From assembly GCA_002633005.1 (NCBI GenBank), contig NMRA01000759.1, forward strand, positions 25,456 to 60,697: a stretch of 35,242 bases of DNA, written 5' to 3'. How positions within the stretch are numbered: position 1 is the stretch's first letter; the number at the start of each line of letters is the position of its first letter. The position numbers and the translations under genes are program-made. Origin of the DNA: Phoronis australis. Its lineage: Eukaryota; Animalia; Phoronida. The notes beneath the pieces were generated by a model that made no database searches, was not told where the DNA came from, and saw only the letters and a program-made list of their open reading frames with translations. Positions 8,681 through 18,800 of the stretch are shown piece by piece.

Positions 8681-10642
8681 ATGGACTTGCGAATGGCTCA
8701 CAGTGTCATTCGAGACTTTGTAAAAGTCGTGATATCATGGTTTATTGACTTTATTTGGCAAATTATGCTGAAAAAGACAGAGAAAATAAAGTCTGTCATG
8801 AGGAGGTCCCCGTGCAACAAGGACGCTTTTACAAGCACGACAATGGACGACAAGGGGTTAGGAGATGTATCTGTTGAGAAAGCAGAAATTGGCATTGAAT
8901 TAATGGAACCTGGTGCCAGATGTGTAGCAGCCATTGTCCATAAATCAAAGGCACTCGCCGGGCAGGTCGCCGAATGCGGCGAAGTCGAGTGCGAATTCGG
9001 AAACTCGTCAAGCATCCACAAAGCAGACGATAAATGTGAAAGAAACACTTCGGAGGAAGTGTGCCTCGTTTCTCCAGAGAAAAATGAGAAGGGAAAGAAG
9101 AATGTCAATGAGACGACGGACAGAGCGAATGAGTCGATTGGTCGCCATAATGCTGGAGGGAGAGAAGTAGTGAAATTGGGTTTCAGAAACAAACCAGGCG
9201 ACTTTGACGATGTTCGACAGGACATCATCCAACTGTCCAGTATCGTTGACTTTGCTGATGATGCTAATACTAAGGAGACAGCCCTGAAATCAGAAAGCAA
9301 ACCTGTTCAAAGTGACCACTTTCAACATCCTACACTGTCAGATTTCAATGAGTCAAATGAAGAGTCTACAATTTGGGAGGAAATGTGCCCGATTTCCACA
9401 GACAAAGATGAGGTGGGGAAAGAAAATTTCCAAGAGAAGGTGGATCCCCCAAATGCAGAAAGAGAGCCAGTTGGTCACCAGGATGGCAAAACAGCAGAGC
9501 AGCAGAGGCAGCAGGAGTTACTGACAAGTCATATTCCAAATTTTACTGCTTCTGAGGCAAAGTCCACTTCCGAGGGTGAAGGTAGTATCGAATCAAGAAA
9601 TGCTGAAGATGTTCCTGCGAAGGACGACAATGCGTGCCTACTGTTGTCTTACGGCGCAATTTCCTCTCTTAACATCAATGTTTCAGAGAGCATCCGCCAT
9701 TTCTCTGCATATGTGAGTGATACTGGAGGGAGAGTAGTAGTGAAATTGGATGGCAGAAACAAAGCATCTGACGTTGACGATGTACGACGGGAAGTGATTC
9801 AACCGTCAGGTATCGCTGGCTTCACTGATGATACTGATAGCAAGAAAAAGGTCACAAGATCCGAATATAAAACCTTTGAAAGTGACCACTTAGAAGGCGT
9901 TACGGTGTCTGAATTCACAGAGTCGACTGAATCGACAGTTTCCCCTATGATCTGCAAGAAGTTTACACAGGATACCCAAAGCTCTCCATTTGAGACTCTG
10001 CCCAGCACACCAGGAAGCATTGAAGACACATGTATACGCCCAGAAGACGACAAAATGCACAGTTTCGCAAGGTTGCCTCAAGATGCCATTTCTACTCTTG
10101 CTGCAAATCTTTTAGAGAACACTAGCATCTCTATAGCCGAAGCTAATGAGAAGGTCAACGTAAAAGCTCAAAGCAACGACATACCTGACAACAGCAAAGA
10201 TATTGTACTCGACTTTTTTAAACCTTGTGGTCTCGTTGCCTGGCCTTACTATCCCAGTCCGTCTCCTGTAGCAACGTTGCCCCAATGTGATTTATCGTTT
10301 GCTACTAGTGATAATCCTGTGGACACTGAATGCAAGAGGAAAAGCATAACAAGATTGCAAAGTAGCAACAAACCATTCACCACTGAGGACGTTCGTCTAG
10401 AAGACGCCAAGAAGTCTGGTTTCGCGCATGTGACTCTCGATGCCGTTTCTTCTGTTTCAGAGGATTATGATTTTACGAATAAGCCAAATACTGTGAAACG
10501 TGAGGGACTTTTCAAACGTTTGAAATCTCGATTCGGACGAAACAGTCACGTGGGCAAAGAGCCTAACGCTTTTTCTTTGCAGGCGCAAAGTTTCGCTTCA
10601 CGATGGCGGCATTTGATGTGTTGTAAGGCCTGTGAAGATTAG
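8681..10642 (+). CDS. Uncharacterised 653-aa acidic, Ser/Glu/Asp/Lys-rich protein, apparently single-exon, with an internal ~70-aa duplication
   Basis: A 1962-bp uninterrupted ORF in AT-rich DNA is very unlikely by chance. Good invertebrate start context (CAAA ATG G), AATAAA at 10812-10817, no TE or known domain motif recognised. Confidence 0.75.
   Translation: MDLRMAHSVIRDFVKVVISWFIDFIWQIMLKKTEKIKSVMRRSPCNKDAFTSTTMDDKGLGDVSVEKAEIGIELMEPGARCVAAIVHKSKALAGQVAECGEVECEFGNSSSIHKADDKCERNTSEEVCLVSPEKNEKGKKNVNETTDRANESIGRHNAGGREVVKLGFRNKPGDFDDVRQDIIQLSSIVDFADDANTKETALKSESKPVQSDHFQHPTLSDFNESNEESTIWEEMCPISTDKDEVGKENFQEKVDPPNAEREPVGHQDGKTAEQQRQQELLTSHIPNFTASEAKSTSEGEGSIESRNAEDVPAKDDNACLLLSYGAISSLNINVSESIRHFSAYVSDTGGRVVVKLDGRNKASDVDDVRREVIQPSGIAGFTDDTDSKKKVTRSEYKTFESDHLEGVTVSEFTESTESTVSPMICKKFTQDTQSSPFETLPSTPGSIEDTCIRPEDDKMHSFARLPQDAISTLAANLLENTSISIAEANEKVNVKAQSNDIPDNSKDIVLDFFKPCGLVAWPYYPSPSPVATLPQCDLSFATSDNPVDTECKRKSITRLQSSNKPFTTEDVRLEDAKKSGFAHVTLDAVSSVSEDYDFTNKPNTVKREGLFKRLKSRFGRNSHVGKEPNAFSLQAQSFASRWRHLMCCKACED
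9151..9931 (+). repeat. Internal coding duplication: 9151-9361 vs 9721-9931
   Basis: Ungapped at offset 570 nt (190 codons); AGGREVVKLGFRNKPGDFDDVRQ... vs TGGRVVVKLDGRNKASDVDDVRR..., 35/70 aa identical by hand count. Confidence 0.9.
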
Positions 10643-10919
10643 AACGCTCATGTCATATTCCATGACGGACTTTATTATAAATTTAGTTTAGAGCGCTTTT
10701 AACACTTTTAACACTGACGTAAAATACGCTGTACCTCCGTGTATGTTTCGGGACAATTAAGTCTCTGTTGCATGTACATATATTGAATGTAAATTGCATG
10801 ACGAAGGACAAAATAAAATTAAGGTTTAGTTGTAAAGATTGATTTAATTGGTGCTTAAGTTGATTAGTTGCGTTAACTAGTGCTTTTCTCACTCGTTTGT
10901 TTAATGCGATAGGTCTCAC

Positions 10920-10955
10920 CAGGAAGAGATAACCAGGAAGGGACAACTCCTCCTG
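10920..10955. mobile_element. 36-bp CAGGA...TCCTG micro-insertion flanked by a direct repeat
   Basis: GTCTCAC (10913-10919) + CAGGAAGAGATAACCAGGAAGGGACAACTCCTCCTG + GTCTCAC (10956-10962). Confidence 0.6.
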
Positions 10956-12267
10956 GTCTCACTTATTGCCTGTCTAGACTGATACGCTAAGCCATAGAAA
11001 GGCAGCCCAGAGCACTTATCATAGAGGGACCAGGACAGGAACACTTAGAATCCATGCACCTCCGTTGTTTGCACTCTGGGTGAAACCCTTGAGGACCTTA
11101 CAAGGGGGTCAAAAACGAGCTAGATTAGATATTCGTGGTACTGGACAAAACTGATTTAAAATGGAAAATAGTACCGCGCTGAACATCGAATGACACGACA
11201 CACAAATTGTCCCCTGGAAAGGGTCCGCCAGAAACTAATGAAGACTCCAGGGTCAAGTATTGGTAGAGTTTTGTAGAATCAATAATTTCGACACGGAAGG
11301 TTTTGTGATCACGTGCTTGTATTTCCGTAATATTTTCGCGTCTAATGAACTCTCTCCTTGCTTAAAATTAATAATAGAGACACACTGACAGTACGTCAAT
11401 TTAGCTGCGCGTCAAAAAACGAGACATTAAGATGGTATGCCGGAAATGGCGGAATATTGAAAAATGGGACAGTCCGCAAAGAGTGCGGGAATTGGCAAAT
11501 ACACAGTACGCTGTCAGCAACACGAAGTATTGGATTGGGTTTTTTTACAAGGTAAACTTTTCATTTTTTTGAATGTTATTTCACGGGTGTAGTCAAGTAC
11601 TCCATATAACAGTAGTAACTACTGGTATAGGCCTATACAGCAGAATCGCAAAGGTACTTAAACGCACCTGTTTTTAGGACCTAAACTTTTCATTTAGGAC
11701 TGAAATGTAACTTTTTCCGTAAAACAACGTAACACAAATTTAACAGCCAAAAAAGTCTTTGAAAAATTCCTGGTATGCAGAACACTGAAGACATTTTAAG
11801 GACAGCTTGGCAACCTTCCTCTTGAAAGACCTATATGGACCATTTCTTGGGAAGAAAAGAATTGTTGTCTCACATGGCGGCAACTGTATTCGCCTTTCTT
11901 ACACTAGCACCATGGCAGCTGATCATCCACCGGGTTTATCAAGGTTCCCATAAAGAGGTCGGCACGTTACCTTCCACTTAGTCACAGTCGGACTGTGAGA
12001 GCTATCGAGTCAGTCGTTGCTCCACCTCGGTTGTGATAAGTTCGGTCGTAGTTTGCTTTTGTTTTCGAGTCAGTCAACATACCACATTGTTGCTGCGTAC
12101 CGGGATGTACTATCGGCCCAGAGCCTGTATTCAGCCGGGCCTGCTGTGATGTTGAGTTGTGGGACAATACAGGCCCAGTTCTACACCAAGAAGGGCAGTT
12201 CGTCGTTCAATGAACAGATCGGTGAGCCAAACTTTAGTTTGAAAGTTTATTGTGCTGCCTGGCGTGC

Positions 12268-12423
12268 GTTCAGTAGACGCTAGGACCTAGCTAAAACCAG
12301 GAAGAGATATCCCTTCCTGCTAAAACCTAGTCAAAGTCACGTGTTGTTATTAAAAATACACGGTAATATCTCACGTAATCTCGCGAAGTCTTGCTTTTTA
12401 GCGAGGTCCTAGCGTTACTGAAC
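12268..12423. mobile_element. MITE upstream of HROB (family copy 1)
   Basis: TIRs GTTCAGTAgACGCTAGGACCTaGCTAAAA and TTTTAGCGAGGTCCTAGCGTTACTGAAC (one indel, one mismatch); related copy at 20165-20288. Confidence 0.75.
12298..12319. mobile_element. 22-bp palindromic micro-insertion flanked by a direct repeat
   Basis: CTAAAAC (12291-12297) + CAGGAAGAGATATCCCTTCCTG (palindrome with one mismatched pair) + CTAAAAC (12320-12326). Confidence 0.7.
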
Positions 12424-12675
12424 GGGAGGCTGGTGTGTGGCGAGGGAGTCACACGGCAGGATGCATGCGCACAGTCTAAAGGGCGAGGGTTTAACTTATG
12501 TCTCTAAATTAGTTACCTCAATAAATAATTTATGCATCCAATAATTAATTTGCGCACGTGGTTTTTACATGGGTAACTTCCTTAAGTTAACTACTTGTAC
12601 AACAATCTACCGTACAGTAGTCCCCCGGGACAGCATTATTCTACAAATATTCGAAATGTCCATTTTGATCTTCAA

Positions 12676-12727
12676 CCGGAAGTGTAATTTTGCGGAATTT
12701 TTGATTTCCTGTATTGAGGTTTGGCGA
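12676..12727 (+). promoter_or_regulatory. Candidate HROB proximal promoter motifs (ETS site, E2F-like site)
   Basis: CCGGAAGT at 12676-12683 and TTTGGCGA at 12720-12727, within ~110 bp of the ATG. Motif match only. Confidence 0.35.
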
Positions 12728-12787
12728 TTCAGTTTCTCTGCCTTTAAAACTATTTTGCTGCAAACGGGCAAATGATCCCATCAAAAG

Positions 12788-12817
12788 ATGTTTAATGTTG
12801 ACGAAATCGACGAAGAA
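12788..12817 (+). CDS. HROB: HROB coding exon 1 (MFNVDEIDEE)
   Basis: ATG at 12788, donor GTGAGT at 12818; acidic N-terminus resembling vertebrate HROB. Confidence 0.7.
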
Positions 12818-15800
12818 GTGAGTTAAACAACTTTATGCATAAAGATGTAACCACAGGGTTTATGTGTGTAGTAATAGCCGAGATTACCCGACCCGGGGAT
12901 CGAACCCGCAACCCCCATAAAACCGGCAAGCGTGCTAACCATTCAGCTAATAGGCAATTGCCCGTTAGCGAGTAGCTAACAGAGGCTCATATAATTCACC
13001 GGAAGCACATCTACAACATGTGTTACTAGCGGATCAGCATGTCAGACTCGCCCTGGATGCCTAACCGGCCAACCGAGGCCGAGGGGCTATGTGTTGCCTA
13101 GACCAGATACTGAGTGATAGCCGTGTGTGACTGAACGTCAGAACGCAGCTAGTGAACAATGGTGCAAAAAATTTCAAATTGAACGTAGCTCTCTTTTTCA
13201 GATTGCCACAGCTCAAATATTGAAGTTAGTTTTGTTTTTGTATTCATACTATAATAAACGCAGCCTGCAAGCAGGTAGTTCAAGAGTACCGTCAGACTTC
13301 TCGTATGTAATGTATAACTGGACTCAAGCCAGAACACTGTCAAAGAGACGTCTTCACAGTAGAGGTGTACACTCAAGACAGCCTTCAGTTCAAAACCGTA
13401 CCCAGAGTCATGTGTCTTAATATACTCAGGCTCACCATGAAAACAACACACACACATAGGGATCGACGAACACAGACATGCAGCACTGCATGATGCCACA
13501 CAAAGAGAGAATACCACTTTCACAACAGTACAGATTTACTAACCAAGCTTCGTGCAGTTAACCCGCCTACCTGACCTTAAATAAAACCCAATCTAGGTAC
13601 CCATTCATGATAGCCAGATTGCAAGCTGAAAGACTACCAGCAGCCAGCCACCAGCAGTATATATATAAAGCAAACAAATCTGACAAATCACAAGACTCCA
13701 CGGAAGGTCATGTACGAACGATGTTGACGATTACAATATTGTACACTCATTGGCACAAGACACTCACCAGAACCGCTTGTGCTTCACTTGTAACAGGAAA
13801 GAATTACCAGGACCTGGTAATACTGTCCTGTTTGTACTTAGTTCTAACCCTTTATGTTTTATCTACTAAACTATCTACATAACACAAACTTACTTTCAGG
13901 ACCTATTGCTGGCATCCTTGGAAGATGAAATCTCTATAGAAGGTATGTGGTGTTTTCAAACTGAGTAGTTTGTTGTTGCATACATCATTCTCTGAATTGT
14001 TAGCAGGCGCACAGTGGCTGCATGTTTTCCAGTGCTGTGTTTACGTTTCACAGTTCATGGCATTAAATTTTTACGTGGTAAATCTTTCAATTTTATTGAA
14101 TTCATAGGGGGAAGCAAATCAAAGAAATTGCTCTAGAAAATGTAATGTGTACTTTTTCAGGTAACAAAAATACAGATTCCAAGTTCGTATCCTCGCATAT
14201 TGCTGAAAAAAGAAAATTTTCCTTCAAGACTACAGGAGCGAGGGTTGTGTCGTCAAGCGATGCAGCTAATGGGGTACCCACTACTAAAAACCATCGGGGT
14301 CATTTAAGGTTGCAGACAGGAAGTGTAGAAGTCAACAGGGGTACAGCAGTGACCTCTGTTGGCAATGCACCACTAGATGTGAGAGAAAGTCATGGACATG
14401 TATTGAAGCAAGCTTACTTTGACCAAATCAGACAAAGTGCAATATCAAAACATTCAAGTAGTTACGGTTTCAATGTAAATGCATCATGTCCGACTTCTGC
14501 AAAAAGTTTTCAACTTGAAGCTTCTGCTTGCAATGGGCCAAGAGGTATATATAAGAGGCATGACCTTGGACCTAAGCAATCTAATGGTCTAGTCAAACCG
14601 GGTGCAATAAAAGGACAGACAAGTGCTAGTGTTTGCAGTGTGGGTACGGTTTGTCCATCCGTAAAGCCAGTGAATGGGCCACAGAGCAGTGAATGCAGTG
14701 ATCAGAGTGATACCAGTTCTTTTAATGGCAAGAAATGTACTGTCAACTGTAGCACAAATAACCTATTCTCATTGGACGCTGATGATGACGATCTGGACTT
14801 AGACCTGAGTCTATTTTGGGAACCCATGGAGACGGGCTTCAAGACAGTGCCGGTGAAACCTGGTGAAAAGCAAAATTCTTTAAACGAACCCGCTTGTAGT
14901 CTGCAGTCAGTTGCTGTTGGCGTCTCACGAAGTGCAACATCCGGTGCTGCAGTTACATGTGTTAATCAAACATCGGATAGGCTCTGGACTCCAACTAGCA
15001 ATAGTATACTTAGACAGTCTAGCTGTAGGTCACAAGGGATAATGTTAACGGGACAAAATACGTGTGTAACTGGAAATGAGGAAGGCAAGCTGCCTAGACA
15101 ATGCATGTCAGTTCGACGTCCAGTTGGAAGTTCAGCCGCGCTACGGTCGCAACAAAGGAATACACCTTACATTGGAGTTGGATCCACTCCTCAACAAGCC
15201 AACATTGTCTCTTGTACATCAGGTACAGTGAGAGGTCAAGCTTCACTATCCGTGGTTCGTCAGTCCAGTATGGGTGGAGGTGCAACAAATATGGTGCCAG
15301 ACACAGGTATCGGGACGTTACCTCGGTCAAATATCGTTCCCGGTTCACCAAGTTTCATTGGAGGTCAGGGAGTCAACATGACTTCACCTCAGACGAGGAT
15401 TACCCCTGGTAGAGCACATTTGGTAGGAGGTCAGGTTGTTCCAACAACAGGGCAGGCAAAGGCAACACCAACATGCTCTACTCCTGCCCAGAAAATAAGA
15501 AGCGCATTAGATCGCCTGTAAGTTTTCATTACATTTTATGTCATTTCAGGGCCTGACATATCGAGCTGCAGGTCGCATTTATGACCTGAAGTTTCAAAAT
15601 GCAAGCTGAGATTTTGACTAACTCACATTGATTGCTTGTGTGCAACTTGGGCATGCCAACTCTGGCAATCATGTTATTTATAGCTAAATTTCGGAATTGC
15701 TACTAGCTGGGATTTTTGCCAGCTCGCAAAGGATAAACCGACAATTTTCAAGATGTTTATAGCTGAATTTCAGTTCTCAAAACCTGATATTGTTCATTGG

Positions 15801-18800
15801 TATGTAATTTTTCCAACCACATTTTTGTTAATTGCTCTTTTATGAGGCAAAGGTATTTTATCTGTACACATATACATTCATGCATCCATGTGAGAGCAAC
15901 GGGATAATATTTTAAGTGATTCGTTTTGCACCAGAGGTACTCCCAGCTCAGTGTCGTCTGTGCCACAATGCCAACAGTCGCCGTGGGATTCTGTCGCTAA
16001 GACACCAGTAACAGGGACATCTGTTGGCAGCGGAAGAAATGGTCGTATCAAGCGGAAATTCCCAGGCCCTGCAGGTGCCTTGCCCAAGTTGGTATGTTTT
16101 GTGCTCATCTTGAAGATTTTGCATTTACCATGATTGTAACTTTGCATATTGAGTATGATTGAAAATTCAGCTATTTTGTATGTCCTTGAAACTAATGACT
16201 TTTTTGCAACTCTTTCGATCATAGTTGTTGAATTGTTGTTACGTGTTTTAATTTTAAGTTTACCTCGTCCCCAGCTCTAATTCCACCTCTTCGGGTCACC
16301 ACCCTCATCGATAATGCCTCAAGTATTAAGAAATAATTATAGACGGTCTGGTAGAGGTAACAGATGTGTGCAGGTCACTGAGGCATTCCCATTGCTCTAA
16401 TCAGAGAAGAGAGACCTGACTCAAGAGTCTAGTAGTGTGCCCTAGTGGGACTTGAACCCACGGCGTTGAATAAAGGAAGCGAACAGTTATCCCACTAGGT
16501 GGCACTGCCTCCTCTAATTCTTGAAGTAGCCAAAGCTAAGGTTTTGAAACAGTGATACTAAGAGAATTTTTTAATCATTGGAGTGGTACTTTCCGGCCTG
16601 ATGGGGGAATTTCGCGTGATTTTTAAATATTCATGGTAAAATGGGTCCAATATTTGCCCTCAAAATTGAGGCAATGATGGTCCTGTTTTTATTATCCCAC
16701 GGGAATCTGGTCTGATCTTCCCCTTTCATATGTTGCTATCCATAATGGTTTTTGTAGGAAACTGGAGAAAATATGGAGGATATAAAAGTGACACGGGTGC
16801 ACTCCCCAGTTGTCATGGAAACCAGTAGCCAGGTACTGAAGCTTGCTTCATGTCTACATTGAGTTTTCACTTGCACACAGAAGTTTGTGTAGAATGAAAC
16901 AAATGGGGTTTGATTTGTATTCAGTTTATTCAGGAGAATGTTCTGGAGCTGAAATGTTTTTTTTTTATCCGCTGAAAACCTGGTGTTTTTTAATAGATTT
17001 ATTGTCCAGACAATATAACAAGGTCAGTCTAAGTTTGTGCACTGAAGATCTGGCCTGTATAAACAATCAATATAAACTAATTGATATGTACTTCAGATTT
17101 TCCGTTTTTGTGAAATTCTGTCAGAAATGATTTTTTTTCTGATGGGTGTCCTCCCTGTTATTTTAAAAAATATATTTTTTTGACATGTCTCAATCAAATC
17201 AACCAATATTGATGTCAGTTATTGCGGTAAATTTTTTTCGAGTTCGAACAAAAATATTTTTCAAACACTGTGTTACCAAAAAGTTTTCAAAATTTCATTG
17301 CGTCTTTGTTCACAACCGCCGTACCATATAAAGTTTTCAAGTAATCTAGTAAAACTGTCTTATTGTTTACTCTTGTTGAAAATTTTAATTAAAGAAAAGT
17401 TTTTATTAGTGTTCTGTCATATTCTCTTCTAATTTGAAGAAGTTTTACTGTACTTAAACTTACTCCCAAAATGTGTTCATTCTTCAGGAGGTCCCAGCTA
17501 CTCAGTCCAGTCTCTCTCAGGTTCCTCCGTTTGAATCGAGACCCTGGATGGCTATGCTAGCTGACCTTGACAAGGATTGTAATCAGGTCAAGACCGTTAT
17601 GGCCAAATACAACATAGTGAACCTTCTACAACTGGTACGTTTTCACACTGGACAAGTGTCTTCAGTTCACTTCGAAGTTGAGCTCTCATATTGTTCACAT
17701 GCATTTTGGTTTGGTTGTGAGGTCACCTTAACAGTATTAACCTTCTACAAATAAAGGGACATTCTTGTCGAGAAAACTAGATTTACAGAAATTAGCAGTA
17801 GCATGGAATGACACCCACTAGCTCTGCAGCATCACAACACTTTGCTGCTGAGCCAAATGTCACTTTTTCAAGGCTTGGAATTTTCCGCGGAAACGCGGAT
17901 TTCCACTTTTTTCTTTTATTCCCTCCGTGTATTCTCGTTATACTTCCGCGGAAAAAAATCGTATTTGCCATAAAATTATCGCGGCAAATTAGTTTCGCAC
18001 CGTGGCGTTGCCGACGGCTCGAAAAGCGGAAACTGCTCTTTATGTTTCGTAGGAACGAAAATTGTAATTGTGGATCACAGGCGCTCGAATTTCGCGATGA
18101 CTCGTAACCATATACAAGAAACATGCTTTCTTAGTAGTGAGTGACGTCAGAGGCAATCGAGGGACAGATAAATTCAAGCGCCTGTGTCTCGGGGATAGCG
18201 TGGTTCATCAATGGCGTCTGCATTTGGTATAAAATCGCTGCGACAAATAGTGCGATTCTGCGGTCAAAAATGCGTGGAGCATGGAGTAGACAGAATGTTT
18301 CGTGGAAAAGTGGATAAAAAAAGGTCAATGTCTTCACAAACAACATAAGTCAAGGTTTGTGTTCTATAAATTTTGTGAGAAGAACAATTACGGAGTGCGT
18401 CGGCGAGTCGCCTCCGACTAAGTTGGAGTCGGAGGACCGACTGAAAACGATGAAACACTAGAAATAACAACGCTTCCTGAAAGGAAATTCAACCGTAACT
18501 GGTTATTCGTTGGATTGCAATCGTGGGATGCGAGTGATGTATGAAATTCTTTTGTTTGATCCCACATGCATGCCCGTTGCCGTTGGCTGCTAAGCCCCTA
18601 AGCCTAAGCCTAGGCCTGACCGCTTGAGTGCAATTTTCTATGTGCCGCCGAGTGCGATTTTATACGTGCCGCCGAAACGGAATACAAAGTGCTATTTTCG
18701 TTACTGCAAATGCGTTTAAATTGCCTTTTATGTATTTCAGTTTATTTTGACATTTTTAGTGTTCTATTTTGTGACTCGAGTTTTGCAGTTTTAGAGAAGT

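Noticed and set aside
8698-9300. 200-aa antisense ORF and other ORFs overlapping the 653-aa ORF
   Set aside because: Shadows of the sense ORF's codon bias (S/F/L-rich mirror of E/K/D codons); no independent signals.
11870-12240. GC-richer segment with short inverted repeats (GCCTGTATT/AATACAGGC) and CATGGCGGC, considered as ncRNA or small gene
   Set aside because: No recognisable RNase P/MRP, snRNA or snoRNA consensus, and only very short ORFs; an Rfam scan would be needed.
12890-12955. Functional tRNA gene
   Set aside because: A/B boxes are present but acceptor and anticodon stems do not close properly; treated as repeat-derived.
14145-15521. Stand-alone 458-aa gene
   Set aside because: Bounded by splice sites that join in frame to the HROB exons on both sides.
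18590-18617. (GCCTAA)n telomere-like repeat
   Set aside because: Only 3-4 imperfect units within a transposon remnant.
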